Of a DNA stretch of 64,000 bases, positions 33,123-43,813 are shown piece after piece. The stretch lies in NCBI GenBank assembly GCA_000002445.1, contig CP000066.1, forward strand, positions 1,184,001 to 1,248,000. The letters are read 5' to 3'. The stretch comes from Trypanosoma brucei. Lineage: Eukaryota. The notes below the pieces were generated by a model. It saw only the letters and a list, made by a program, of their open reading frames with translations, did not search any database and had not been told where the DNA came from. Positions within the stretch are counted from its first letter, which is position 1; each line of letters opens with the position of its first letter. Position numbers and translations under genes: made by a program.

Positions 33123-33515
33123 GGTAGCACTCTTTTATTAAGGATAATCGATTTCTTGTGTTGAAAGTTGTGTGATTTCTGTCTGGTGCTTGAAGTTCTT
33201 ACGTGATGTTTCTAGATCTTATTCCTTGCTTTCCTACAAGCTATTGCGAAAAACTGTTTGCCGGACGCGTACAAGATGATGAAGAAAAGTGTGAGCATCA
33301 GTGCAATGTTAAAGCTACACAGGCAAGTGGTGGTGCCGGAAGCCGTCGGTTTGGCACAATAACAGAGCGGATGCTCGAAAACGCATCATGGTGACCTACA
33401 TATACCGACCCAGTTGGGCCTTTATTACATCTAGTACAAGAATAAGAAAAGACTGCACAAGACATTGGCATCAAATAACTAGTTGCACTCAATTTACATA
33501 ATAATTGCGGCCACA

Positions 33516-35285
33516 CTATTCGAGGCGTGCCGGTGCAGTGTTGTTTCCGATGCGGACCTGCTCGCCACCGGCACCAGAGCTGCGCAGTAAGCGCGCCCTC
33601 TTGATTTCCTCGCGTTCGGCGGCAATCTTCACCTCCTCCTGCTTCGTCAGGTGCGAGCGGTACTCCACCATCTTGCTGCGGCGTGTAAGCACCTCCTCGT
33701 TGTTCTCGTCCACAGGGTGGTTGAACTCGATGCCAGCAGCGTCCAGAGCCTCCTCTGACTCCTTGAACTCCTCCAACGCCTTCGCCTGCTTCTCTTTCAG
33801 CATCGCCAGCTCCTCCTCTACGCCCTGGCGCAGCCTGTATAGCTCTTTCTTCATGTCGGCGTGCTTCTTCGCATTCGGGTCGAATGTTTCCACACAGAAC
33901 TCCAACTGGATGTGCGTTGTACGGATGTTCCGGTCAATCTCCTCCATCCGCTTCTCTTTCTTGTAGATAAGAGAACCCAACGTGAGGTACAGCATGCGGA
34001 AGTACTCCAAGTGCTCTTTATGAACATCCAAACGAAGGGCTGCAAGATCCTGGCTCGTTTTGTCGTGGCGGGCCTTCACCGCGGCACAGCCCTCCGACAC
34101 CAGCTCCTCCACCAGCCCGGTACAGCGGATCGCGAGGTCGCAGTTGTACACTGTCAGCTCGAGCAGTTTCTTGTGCTGCGAGGCAACCTCCAGGAATTGA
34201 GAGTACTCCACACGTCGCTTCTCCTCGCGGTCAATCTCCTCAATCCGCCGCTTGACCTCATCGAATCGCTCCGTGCCAAGCTTCTGCAACTGCCGCTCAA
34301 GGTCCTGGATCTTGTTCCACGTCTCCTCCTGCCTATCCTCGTTCTCTCGGATGTAGCGGTCGCTTTTCTCTTTGTTCGCAGCGTGGCGCTTCGTCGCCTC
34401 GGCATCCTCAAGGTCAGCCTTCTGGATCGCGTCGTGGATGTGCTTCAGATCTGTCTCACACCGCTGCTTCAGGCGACGCTTCGCATCCTTCATCTGACTC
34501 GTTTCCTGATTCGCCTGTTTCTGCACCTCATGGATTTTGCTGAAGGCCTGGTTCTCCTCCTCACATTTGCTGATCAAGCGGAATTTGTCCTGAATCAGAT
34601 CGATTAAGCGCTCCTGAAGCTGTACCTTCGTCCACATTTGCTCCTCGGCGACCTGCATCTCACCATCATGCATCGCAACGTTCTGGATCTCGTTCGTTTT
34701 TTCAAGCTGCGCCAACTGCGTCTTGATCTGGTCGTCAGTTGAGGCAAGCGCATTCTGGATTTGCGTTACGTTCATGATATCCTCCACTTGCTTCAATGTC
34801 TGTGTGGGGACCTGCGCCAACTGCGTTGCATCCAGCTGCGAGCGGCGAAGCTCCTCCTCAACCTTTTCAACCTTCGCGATGGCGTTGTCGATCATCTGCG
34901 TGAAGCTCACAACACGCGTCTTGTTGCGGTTCTGACGCAGGTCCTGAAGCACCTTTTTCATGGCAATAATGTCCATGAATTGTGCCTTGTCCTCAGGGCG
35001 GTAAAGCTCGCGTTGGCTCATCTCGAGTCCACACACGCGCATCAGCTTTGCGAGGTCGTACACCTCCGTTAGGTTCCATTTCGTACCGACGTCCACAGCG
35101 GCAACCAGCTCCTCAGCCTTCAGGTGGGCGCCGCGCAGCTTCTGCCTCTGTGTCTCGCTCCAGTCAGATACATGCAATTCCTGTACAAGTTCCTCATTCT
35201 CCAAACAGGCTGTCTTCAGCTTCAGGTTGTGGATCTTCTGCTTGCGCGCAGCCTCCAAACCAGTGGCATCGTCAACTGCGGCCAT
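33516..35285 (-). CDS. PFR1: Paraflagellar rod major component, copy 5 of 5 (the most upstream copy in the transcription unit).
   Basis: Identical 589-aa translation. It carries one synonymous difference from the other copies near 35051 (GTA to GTG, Val). Confidence 0.9.
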   Translation of the reverse strand: MAAVDDATGLEAARKQKIHNLKLKTACLENEELVQELHVSDWSETQRQKLRGAHLKAEELVAAVDVGTKWNLTEVYDLAKLMRVCGLEMSQRELYRPEDKAQFMDIIAMKKVLQDLRQNRNKTRVVSFTQMIDNAIAKVEKVEEELRRSQLDATQLAQVPTQTLKQVEDIMNVTQIQNALASTDDQIKTQLAQLEKTNEIQNVAMHDGEMQVAEEQMWTKVQLQERLIDLIQDKFRLISKCEEENQAFSKIHEVQKQANQETSQMKDAKRRLKQRCETDLKHIHDAIQKADLEDAEATKRHAANKEKSDRYIRENEDRQEETWNKIQDLERQLQKLGTERFDEVKRRIEEIDREEKRRVEYSQFLEVASQHKKLLELTVYNCDLAIRCTGLVEELVSEGCAAVKARHDKTSQDLAALRLDVHKEHLEYFRMLYLTLGSLIYKKEKRMEEIDRNIRTTHIQLEFCVETFDPNAKKHADMKKELYRLRQGVEEELAMLKEKQAKALEEFKESEEALDAAGIEFNHPVDENNEEVLTRRSKMVEYRSHLTKQEEVKIAAEREEIKRARLLRSSGAGGEQVRIGNNTAPARLE

Positions 35286-35485
35286 GGTAGCACTCTTTTA
35301 TTAAGGATAATCGATTTCTTGTGTTGAAAGTTGTGTGATTTCTTGAAAACAGTTGTGTGAAGATTTGAATAAGTTTTATCAAAATTTTAGCGGTCTTTCG
35401 ATTAAGATATTGTTATAATTTTTAATTTTCGTTGTTTACGCATATTTATATTTTTTCTTTATTAATATATATATATATTATTGGT

Positions 35486-36655
35486 TTATAGGGATTTGTT
35501 TGTGTAGACAGCCCATTTTCCTCCGTCCTTTGAATAATGGTCCATTGGGTAATGTACGTCGTTCCAGTTTACGTTTCCCAAGGCTACTTCTGCCTCATAA
35601 GGTGACAATAGAGGCTTATCGAACGCGTATCCCCAGTCGATGGAAAGTCTTGGACATGCTACCTGAATATAGCAGTCAACATCCTGAATTCTTGCCAGTT
35701 TCTGAGGGAAGATTTCGGACATGAGAAAGAGGGTGACTGTTTTTCCTCGCTTCTCCGCAAGTTGCATTATGCGGTCTACCAACCGTGGGTTTCCCTGACG
35801 TCCTAACGTTCCCATAATAAGTGCAAAACTACTAGCGGCTTTTCCCAATTGGACCGCCTCGCGCCGCAGAGTTCTCATTTCGCTCGTGTTGTAGCTTTCT
35901 GTTGTCATTGTCTTCTTGTAAGGATCATATTGTAAAGCGTTTAATGTTGGGTGAGCAATTAGAAAAGCTTCAAGATGGAAACGTCCATCACCTACGTACA
36001 GCACAAGATCCACAGCCGTTGGGTCCAGTACTGGGCTCGTGCAACCCAACAACTCCCCCCTTGAGAGCGGCTTATTTTGTGGCACAACAACAGGCTGATG
36101 AAAGTGGTTCTCTAACATCTGAACCCCAGCGCGCATGGAAGAAACGAACTGAATCGTTGCAATGCAGGCCAGGCGAGTCTCTGGGGGGACAAGGGAGCGA
36201 ACGGTATCAACGAAATGTTGTACATCAATGTCAATTTCGACAAACACGTACATCATATTTTTTATCAGACAATCTTTTATCGATATAAGGCAACTGTGAC
36301 CATAGTGAATCAAGAAGTCACAACCCAACGCTAGGGCCGAATAATCGTCTACGCAGCAGGCGCCGTATGTAACATCACCCAGAATTACCATCTCAGCTCC
36401 CGTCTGTTCCTCGAGAATATCAGCAATTGGCGCAGCGAACATCAGAAGGCCCTCGGGAAACTGGAGGGCTACGCGCGTAGCGCCCTTTTCCCTTATGCGT
36501 CGGGCACACTTCTCAATCTCAAACCTGTAGTTACTTGGAAGACCCAACTCCGCCTCCATGGTGTCTATGGCCCTTAGTAAAGCGTTGAAGAGAAACGTGT
36601 GGAGAAGATTGGTGAAAGACGACACAGCGGTATCTTCATTGCAACATCGGCTCAC
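35486..36655 (-). CDS. DPH1: Diphthamide biosynthesis protein 1, 2-(3-amino-3-carboxypropyl)histidine synthase subunit (DPH1-like).
   Basis: The 389-aa ORF has the motifs ALQFPEGLL, GDVTYGACCVDD and HYGHSCL, which are characteristic of the DPH1/DPH2 radical-SAM-like family. The length and the GDVTYGACCVDD form favour DPH1. Confidence 0.6.
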   Translation of the reverse strand: MSRCCNEDTAVSSFTNLLHTFLFNALLRAIDTMEAELGLPSNYRFEIEKCARRIREKGATRVALQFPEGLLMFAAPIADILEEQTGAEMVILGDVTYGACCVDDYSALALGCDFLIHYGHSCLISIKDCLIKNMMYVFVEIDIDVQHFVDTVRSLVPPETRLACIATIQFVSSMRAGVQMLENHFHQPVVVPQNKPLSRGELLGCTSPVLDPTAVDLVLYVGDGRFHLEAFLIAHPTLNALQYDPYKKTMTTESYNTSEMRTLRREAVQLGKAASSFALIMGTLGRQGNPRLVDRIMQLAEKRGKTVTLFLMSEIFPQKLARIQDVDCYIQVACPRLSIDWGYAFDKPLLSPYEAEVALGNVNWNDVHYPMDHYSKDGGKWAVYTNKSL

Positions 36656-36868
36656 TATGCTCCCTTACCCTTGAGTGTACCTAACTCGCGGCGTATCGCG
36701 TCGCTGTGCACCATTTCGGCGTCTCATAGGGGTAACCTAATCCTGCACACAGTTTGGAGGGCGGTGGGAACGAATAGGAGCCAACAAGACAACACAGAGA
36801 CACCACATGCTACCACGTGCACGAGTTCAGCGGCAAAAAAATGAACTTTACAACAATGCCGAATGATC

Positions 36869-39262
36869 TCACGAAGAATCCTTCGGGCGTTTGCGCGCTC
36901 CAGTTTTCGGCATGAGTTCGTAGATAACGGGATCCGGTTCTAGTGTACACAGACAGTGCGCTATGTATTCCATCCTATATACCTTCAATCGTGAATTGAT
37001 AGCCGCAAGCTGCCCCTGCTCCCAGTTGTTGTCGTCGGAGAGGACGAAGTTTATGCTGTCGACAGGCCCAGACCCCTGAAGCAGAGCATCCACCAACTCC
37101 TGGGGTGTATACGGAATTACAGCCTTGCAGCCCCCACTTTGCAGAACGCGGGCGAAGCTCTTCGTCCTTAAATCAGTCGAACAACACAAAGCAACAGTCC
37201 AGGAAGCAAACGGCCGCTCGGTTCGGCGCCGTTGAAGCTGACACGCTTTCACAAGTTCAGAGACGGAGTTACGAAGCGACGCTCTTCGAGCCATTTCCGG
37301 GCACCATTCGTGTGGCTCCTCGGGGGGAATGCGATTTTCTTGTCTTGCTTCCTTAATAAACGAGGGTGCGAGCACCCACTTCCCTGCCGCAACGGCACTG
37401 AGAAAATATTCAGTTCTAGAAGGTCTTTCGGTAATGTAGTGTGTGCACTCTTCTACACTTATAGCTATCGTAAGTCCTAACGGCAGCAACTGAGAAAGTT
37501 CCTCTTCCAGATGTAAAAGTGATCTCGACAGCATAATACAACAAGGGGAAGGTGAAAACTCCCCCCGCCCCCCGCGTGGTGTATCGTCAATTTGAACCCT
37601 TTCACCTTCCTTTTCTGGATGAGGCGACACCCCTCTGTGTTCTATCTCTTTCCGCTCGCTTTGCGGTTGCTCCATATCAGCTTGCTTGTAGACTATCATC
37701 TGTGACGCTGGTGGAGTTTCCCGCCCGAACCTTCTACCGCACGCTGAAGAAGCAAGGGCATTAAAGGACACCTCTACATTGCAGGCGCATACGTCCCCCT
37801 CGCCCCGATCCTCTGCAGACCTACTTTGTGCCTGTCCCACACCCACAGCAGGTGACGTAGGCGTGACACTGGTTGCATCGGTCTTTGTTTCCAGTTCCCC
37901 AATCAGGTGCTCGAGCGAGCTTGAGAGCACAGAATCCCTCGGTGTTACGTCCTTGGAGAGACGTTGCAAACCATGGCCGTATGCACTGCTCCCACTCCTT
38001 CGCCCGTCGGCCAACACACCAGCAGATGCGACTGTCGCATTCCCCAACTCCTTGTTAAACTCGGAGAACTGTGGTGTATTCATGATGAAAGGGGAGCAGT
38101 CCTCCCAATATCCCGCCACAAGTGAGTGGTGTAGCCAGTCCACATGCACAAAAAAACACTCAATCACCCGTAGCTTATACCTTCGCCAGGCCAATGAAGC
38201 AACCTTAGTTGACCCTGCCAGGCCGTCAGCACTACCCACAACCAGGTGAGTAGTGTTGCTGCGCGCAAATGAGCCAACACTGTTCGCGCCCAGCACAAAG
38301 TCGTCCTGTATAACACACTGCATCCCGGCGCGCTTTAGGGAGTTCCGGAACGCCTCCCGGTCCTCTTGAGGCACAGCGGTGAATGTAATAACTGGTTTCA
38401 GAACACTAGAAACAACATACGGCTTCGCACACACACGCCCGTGACCTTGCGCTGCACACTCCTCGAGCCAGGAAAGTGAGACAAACTCTAGGCCGGGCCG
38501 AGGTGCAAAGAATTCAGTTGTTGGGCCCAGCAACACTACGTGGGTGGTAACTATTGTCAACGTCTGAGCCTGACGTATACCCGAGCGTTTGATTAGTTCC
38601 TTCACATCATCTGATACTAGATTAGGTGGAAAACAGTAGGCAACTGCGCCCGACCTCTCCCGCAGAGCGGTTATGCGCGTCGATATATCCCGCAGACCCG
38701 ATACTCCTACTAGTCCACCGTACTGTTGCGAAAACTGACAGTACGGTTTAACGCAGCATTGGTACTTCCGGGCAAACTGAACCTTAGCGTTTCGTGATAA
38801 ATCCGATATTCTGCTTGGAACAACTAATACTGAACATCTCCGGGTCATTTCGGGAGAGTACCTAGCTTGATGAGTCTCGCAAATTCTTTGCACCATCTGT
38901 CGTTCCGCAACATCCAATGAAGTTGTACACACCTCCAGCCCTCGAAGTGAGTAGTCAATCCCAAACTCACTTACTCGATCCATCGAGCAGTTGCCTGACA
39001 GCACCCACTCTGGTGTAACACATGGAATCCCGTGTACCTTAGCCAAAGCATATTTTTTCCCTTCGGTACTCCTGGCAACCAACACATTGGTCCTGTCCGT
39101 CAGTGTTTCTGTGTATGTCATACCTTGCTGCTCCAGCTTAGATTTAATGAGTTCCAGGTCATTTCCAGATATCGCTGTTGTTGTAACAAGCATGTATTTC
39201 GGTATATGGCACCCACGAGAGACGAAGACCACCCTCTCGTGGCTTATGGAAGAAACGTACAT
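36869..39262 (-). CDS. Protein with multiple BRCT domains (TopBP1/Dpb11/Cut5-like DNA-damage or replication scaffold).
   Basis: The 797-aa ORF has at least five BRCT-like units with the T-hhh...K.xxA...G..hV...Wh pattern (TRRCSVLVVPS..., THLVVGSADGL...VDWL, CTHYITERPSRTEYFLSAVAAGKWVLAPSFI, CCSTDLRTKSFARVLQSGGCKAVIPYTPQELV). Confidence 0.45.
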   Translation of the reverse strand: MYVSSISHERVVFVSRGCHIPKYMLVTTTAISGNDLELIKSKLEQQGMTYTETLTDRTNVLVARSTEGKKYALAKVHGIPCVTPEWVLSGNCSMDRVSEFGIDYSLRGLEVCTTSLDVAERQMVQRICETHQARYSPEMTRRCSVLVVPSRISDLSRNAKVQFARKYQCCVKPYCQFSQQYGGLVGVSGLRDISTRITALRERSGAVAYCFPPNLVSDDVKELIKRSGIRQAQTLTIVTTHVVLLGPTTEFFAPRPGLEFVSLSWLEECAAQGHGRVCAKPYVVSSVLKPVITFTAVPQEDREAFRNSLKRAGMQCVIQDDFVLGANSVGSFARSNTTHLVVGSADGLAGSTKVASLAWRRYKLRVIECFFVHVDWLHHSLVAGYWEDCSPFIMNTPQFSEFNKELGNATVASAGVLADGRRSGSSAYGHGLQRLSKDVTPRDSVLSSSLEHLIGELETKTDATSVTPTSPAVGVGQAQSRSAEDRGEGDVCACNVEVSFNALASSACGRRFGRETPPASQMIVYKQADMEQPQSERKEIEHRGVSPHPEKEGERVQIDDTPRGGRGEFSPSPCCIMLSRSLLHLEEELSQLLPLGLTIAISVEECTHYITERPSRTEYFLSAVAAGKWVLAPSFIKEARQENRIPPEEPHEWCPEMARRASLRNSVSELVKACQLQRRRTERPFASWTVALCCSTDLRTKSFARVLQSGGCKAVIPYTPQELVDALLQGSGPVDSINFVLSDDNNWEQGQLAAINSRLKVYRMEYIAHCLCTLEPDPVIYELMPKTGARKRPKDSS

Positions 39263-39452
39263 ATGTGTTCAAACATAAGAAGGAAAGGAAAAAGGAGATG
39301 CCCATGCATGACATGTGCGGCAAACCAGTATATTCGGATAACAATAAAACGGCTGGTACATGTGGGAAGAAAAATAACATGAGAGGAAAGGAATAATAAT
39401 AATAAAAAGAAAAAATTACGCGCAGCTACGAAAAGGACAAGACGGATGGCTC

Positions 39453-39845
39453 TTAGTAGAAGAAACCGAGCACTTTACCACCAGTATTGCGAGCACGGGC
39501 CTCTTCGTGGTCCATGATGCCAAGTGACGTCGTGAGCACGACGAAGCCAAACTGCCGACTAGGGAGAATATTCTTCACCCACTTTTCGAAGTCACGAGCA
39601 GTGCAGTCGAACCGAGGGCAGATGGCCCCGCATTTATTGAGGCGCCCATTGAGATTTACGACGATCTTCCCTGCACGGTGGTCGTCAACAATCTCAAACT
39701 CACCAATGTAGCCGTGTTTCTGCATTACCTGCAGAAACTTCACTACTACTTTCGATGAAGGCCGGATGAGAACCTGGCGCTTGCCGCGGCGCTCTGCGCC
39801 CGCAATGCAGCGGAGCGCATTAGCCAAAACGCTCATCATTGTCAT
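39453..39845 (-). CDS. RPS15A: 40S ribosomal protein S15a (uS8).
   Basis: The 130-aa ORF is near-colinear with eukaryotic S15a ([68 protein letters not shown]...[37 protein letters not shown]). Confidence 0.95.
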   Translation of the reverse strand: MTMMSVLANALRCIAGAERRGKRQVLIRPSSKVVVKFLQVMQKHGYIGEFEIVDDHRAGKIVVNLNGRLNKCGAICPRFDCTARDFEKWVKNILPSRQFGFVVLTTSLGIMDHEEARARNTGGKVLGFFY

Positions 39846-40041
39846 TTTGCTTAACCACTACTAGAAATGACAAAGAAAAAGAAAGCAAGAATGAAGTGTG
39901 CAGTAAGTGTTACAAAGCAGACGAACGAACATACACCAACAAGCAAGTGTCATACATGGAAGTGTGTCGATACAGCTTTTTCCGAACCCCCATGGTGCAC
40001 AAGTTAACGAAGGGAAAAAACAACGCAACACACAACAGGCC

Positions 40042-41736
40042 CTACGCACTCCCAAGAAAAATTAATGCGTCATGGTCGTAGCTAGAGTTTACCATCGAGT
40101 TCGGCTCTACCCTGCCTCCAGAGTCAACAAAAACGGCGCCAGTATCACCAGAAAAAAAGTTTGCATTACAGGAGGATTCGACCGAAGCTAGCCTACTTGA
40201 TGGGAGGCAATAGTCTCCCAGGAAGAAATCAAATAGACGATGCCAAATTGGACGCGAGTGCCGGTAAGAGGTGCGTCGTTTACCCGAGCATAGTGAGTCT
40301 TTGTTAGTAATGCGGGTCGCACCTTCCTGGAACAATTCCGCGTATAGCCGACCCCGCAAGACAGTCTCCACCACTAGTTGCTCGATGTGGAACTGCAGTT
40401 TTTTACACGTACGAGCAGCAGCAGGTACGAACATGTGTGACCGAAGCAAATTCGTGAACTGCTTTACGACGCTGGAGCGGGACACGTCCCCTATTTTATG
40501 ATATGCGTGGGGTTTATCTGTGTCTGAACCCCGCCCACAAGCACCATAGTTGTGGATGGAAACGATACGCCCCGAATCATCTACATTTACGCAAACCACG
40601 TCCGAATGTGGAACACCAGCGTTCGTCTGACGTGTCATTTCGATAAGCGTCCCGAGACGGACAGGCGTATTAAAGCTGAGTATTCTACTTTCGCATGGTA
40701 GTCTGTACTTCTCCGAGAAAACTGAAACGGACCTGAGTGATCTCGGCAGTATTTGCGATAAGGAAATCGCCAAGCCGGCACAGTGGATATTGTCCGCACC
40801 ATACACAACAATTTGTTTGCCCCGCAGGAGAGCGGATAAAAGCAACTCCGTTTCGTCAAGACCGGTATCACTCCACTCTAGAAACACCAGCAACCAAACC
40901 GAAAGAGGCTTTAGCAAATGAAAGGGGCCTAAAGACACAACCCTACTGTCGCCCAATGATACGCATCTGCCGATTTCAGGTGGCCAACCGACATCAACAT
41001 CAATAGTTTCCACCAACGGAAGCTTCATCTCGAGATATTGTTTCACTGTGTTCAAAACCGCAGTTTCGCAGGTCGGTTCTTCAGGTATCAATGGCGTCCT
41101 TCCAAACAATGCCAAAAGAACACATTCGAAAAAGTTGTGGGTGCGCCTAAACGCATCAGCTTCTGCTTCGTCGTCTTCCGCCAACAACGACATCAGTGGG
41201 CGCATTGGACGTTTGCGTGCCTCCTCACGCCGTCTCTCGAGGTCGGGAAACGTAGAGTATTCGGACGCCAACCGCCTTTCTGTCACATCAACCCAGCCCT
41301 CTAGCAAAATCCTCATAAAGCAAGAAAGAACAGGCCATCGGCGTATGAGCTCATCACTTCGAGGATGTGTAATTATCACACAAAAACGGCGACTTTCGCC
41401 CCGGGCAAGTATGTCTCCCAGACAAAAAGCTATACCGGACACACCACCTGCATCAGGGTCCGACATCACGACAGATTCTTCATTTGACTCATTCGAATCG
41501 AGAACACGGGCAACAAGTTCTCTCATTTTCTGCTTAGAATGAGGGCGCAGCGATCCGCTAATTGAATGAGCACTGAAAAGCGCTTTTCCATGAAACGCAG
41601 AAAGTTGTGGCATCTGTGCACCAAACGAATTCATTTCTTGATATTCATAATACTCTGTAACATGAAGATCCTTTGGACCCTCAATGGCATCAAATTCCCC
41701 CAATATTACCGCGGGAACATTCCATACCGTCTGCAT
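40042..41736 (-). CDS. Hypothetical protein with a DENN-like core (possible Rab-GEF-type module).
   Basis: The 564-aa ORF has a central segment LLLSALLRGKQIVVYGADNIHCAGLAISLSQILP that resembles the cDENN signature, with a uDENN-like region upstream (IAFCLGDILARGESRRFCVIITHP). Confidence 0.3.
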   Translation of the reverse strand: MQTVWNVPAVILGEFDAIEGPKDLHVTEYYEYQEMNSFGAQMPQLSAFHGKALFSAHSISGSLRPHSKQKMRELVARVLDSNESNEESVVMSDPDAGGVSGIAFCLGDILARGESRRFCVIITHPRSDELIRRWPVLSCFMRILLEGWVDVTERRLASEYSTFPDLERRREEARKRPMRPLMSLLAEDDEAEADAFRRTHNFFECVLLALFGRTPLIPEEPTCETAVLNTVKQYLEMKLPLVETIDVDVGWPPEIGRCVSLGDSRVVSLGPFHLLKPLSVWLLVFLEWSDTGLDETELLLSALLRGKQIVVYGADNIHCAGLAISLSQILPRSLRSVSVFSEKYRLPCESRILSFNTPVRLGTLIEMTRQTNAGVPHSDVVCVNVDDSGRIVSIHNYGACGRGSDTDKPHAYHKIGDVSRSSVVKQFTNLLRSHMFVPAAARTCKKLQFHIEQLVVETVLRGRLYAELFQEGATRITNKDSLCSGKRRTSYRHSRPIWHRLFDFFLGDYCLPSSRLASVESSCNANFFSGDTGAVFVDSGGRVEPNSMVNSSYDHDALIFLGSA

Positions 41737-42004
41737 GGCATTCCCTCTGGAATTATGCGTACATAGAAATACACGGAGATAAACAGTTTTAAAGGGGGGT
41801 AGAGAAGGAATAAAAAATAAAACAACAAGATTTAAACGTTAGTGAAGCAGTCGAACACATATTGTAACAAGCATAATGAAGAAAAACAATGTGCATTAAG
41901 GCGGTATTTTTACTTCATGGATTAATATATCTCAACTCCTCTTGTACAAATGAGGAAAGTAATAAACACACAATGATGGATGACTCAACACTTGTGCAAC
42001 GAAA

Positions 42005-43540
42005 TCACATGGAAAAAGCGGATGACCATGTAAGACCAAATTTCACATGATCAAACAGGCGATTATTCCCATTCCTCCATGTAATGTTGCCACGCCCATC
42101 CACACCAACAGGTACACAAAAATTAAGTTCAAACCGACCGTTCGGCGTGACACCGAAAAGAGGAACCCTTGTCACGACAATACCAAAGCCTACAGACGCA
42201 GCACATGTACGAAACCAGCGGTATGTGTCAAAGAGTTCTGAAGACGAATTTACCATTCGAAGATTCCCGACATTACCGAATAAATGCATGGCTGCAAGAC
42301 CATTATTCGGAAAAAAGAGAAATGGAAAATTTACGCTGAGTGACGTCGCCCATAGCGCATTTCCTCCTGTTGCCGCAAAGTGACCACCCTCTCTCACGCC
42401 ACCGTCAACTGTCGACGGACCAACACTCCTGAACCCTCGAACGTGACATGACGACAGGAAAAGTCTGTCACTCAACGGTATCCTAGCCCGTTTGTATGAC
42501 CAAATCCCCGCAACTTTACTGTTCCATTGAACACTGCAAAAAGGGCCCAAGGGCCAGTACTTGGCAGTTTGAATTTCGGTCTTCAAGAAATTGAACCCAC
42601 CTCCGAGAGGACCACCCGCCAGCTCATTTTTCATGCTCAACTGGACGCCCTTTATGGGTAGCGGGTAGATGCCACACAGATAGGGGTCTGCATGATGCCA
42701 CACGTTAGAAACTCCCAACTCATGCCTGAAATAACCTTTGAAGGTCGTTCTAAAGTCCTGTAACATTTCATCAGGCAGATTCGTTCCTTCCCTCGATACG
42801 AGGAGCCTACGCTGAAATCCGATAGTGAATTCGGATAAAAGACCTCGCTTTTCATTTCTCGTGGTGGCTTTAACTTCGTCGATCCTTTCGTTGCTGGCAA
42901 GATGGTACATTTTATTTTCACTTCGTCGCCCCAAATAATACTCACCCGTTTGACCCAAATACGTAGCATTCGAAAGCATTGAAAGCGAAACCGCATGCGC
43001 TCGGGATGTAGGGGGAACGTAGCTTCCAGATAGCGAGTACCTACCACCTAAAATATTTTCCAGCGAAAGTGTTAACTCTGGAAGAACTGTTTCTGTTGTG
43101 AAGACTCCAAATGTCTTCTTAGGTTTAGCCTCCACAACGTCGATATGAACACAAACATCGTTAGATTCCCCATGAAATGTAGGCTCTAAATTGAAATCTA
43201 CCTTACTGAAAATACCCATGCGTGCCCATCGTGTTCTAGCTTCGTTCATATTGTTCGTAATGTCTTCAATGTTTTCAGACCGTTTAATTGCCTCGACATC
43301 ACGACTGATAACACGGGGATGAATGTTTTCAATGCCTCTGATGCGGACGTGTGTACGTATAGGAACGTTAAGCACCTTACCGATATCCTCTTCGCCTATA
43401 TAGACCTCTTGAGGAGGTACACTACTCTCGCTAGAAAAGGTCATACGATCCTCACAACTAGTGTCCCTAGGATAAGTAAACTTGTGTGTCCCTTGTAGGG
43501 GTTGAGAAAAAACTTTAGTGCACAGAAAATGGCAAAACAA
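42005..43540 (-). CDS. Omp85/SAM50-like outer-membrane beta-barrel protein (bacterial surface antigen D15 family; a candidate mitochondrial SAM50).
   Basis: The 511-aa ORF has an N-terminal POTRA-like segment (VPIRTHVRIRGIENIHPRVISRDVEAIKRSENIEDI...RMGIFSKVDFNLEP) followed by about 300 aa of alternating hydrophobic, Gly/aromatic-rich strands typical of a 16-strand barrel. Confidence 0.45.
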   Translation of the reverse strand: MFCHFLCTKVFSQPLQGTHKFTYPRDTSCEDRMTFSSESSVPPQEVYIGEEDIGKVLNVPIRTHVRIRGIENIHPRVISRDVEAIKRSENIEDITNNMNEARTRWARMGIFSKVDFNLEPTFHGESNDVCVHIDVVEAKPKKTFGVFTTETVLPELTLSLENILGGRYSLSGSYVPPTSRAHAVSLSMLSNATYLGQTGEYYLGRRSENKMYHLASNERIDEVKATTRNEKRGLLSEFTIGFQRRLLVSREGTNLPDEMLQDFRTTFKGYFRHELGVSNVWHHADPYLCGIYPLPIKGVQLSMKNELAGGPLGGGFNFLKTEIQTAKYWPLGPFCSVQWNSKVAGIWSYKRARIPLSDRLFLSSCHVRGFRSVGPSTVDGGVREGGHFAATGGNALWATSLSVNFPFLFFPNNGLAAMHLFGNVGNLRMVNSSSELFDTYRWFRTCAASVGFGIVVTRVPLFGVTPNGRFELNFCVPVGVDGRGNITWRNGNNRLFDHVKFGLTWSSAFSM

Positions 43541-43813
43541 ATTACTTTATGTAATTTTCGATGATATTTTCGGACAGAATGCTAATAGTTAACACGACAT
43601 TGTAAATCCAGGTATACATGCATTCATGCAGGAGCGTACATTAATATAATAGTAATAGAGGAAGCATACTATGATACGGCCGGTGGCCCTTACAAGGAAA
43701 CTAAAACTACGGCTTCCATCATTGCGAGAAAGCGTACTAGATACGTCACAATGATGGGGCTAAACATCTAACAACGAACCCGTCCTCCTCGCACGGTTAG
43801 GGAATAAAACAGC

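Larger units (their letters stand above)
24843..35343 (-). repeat. Head-to-tail tandem array of about 4.85 units of 2163 bp. Each unit is a 1770-bp PFR CDS plus an identical 393-bp spacer.
   Basis: Exact repetition of the ORF sets at offsets of 2163 bp (24864, 27027, 29190, 31353, 33516). The flanking sequence diverges before about 24843 and after about 35343. Confidence 0.95.

Noticed and set aside
24843-35343. A regular repeat array that could superficially suggest CRISPR or a satellite.
   Set aside because: The unit is 2163 bp and contains a full protein-coding gene. There are no short direct repeats or spacers. The genome context is eukaryotic.
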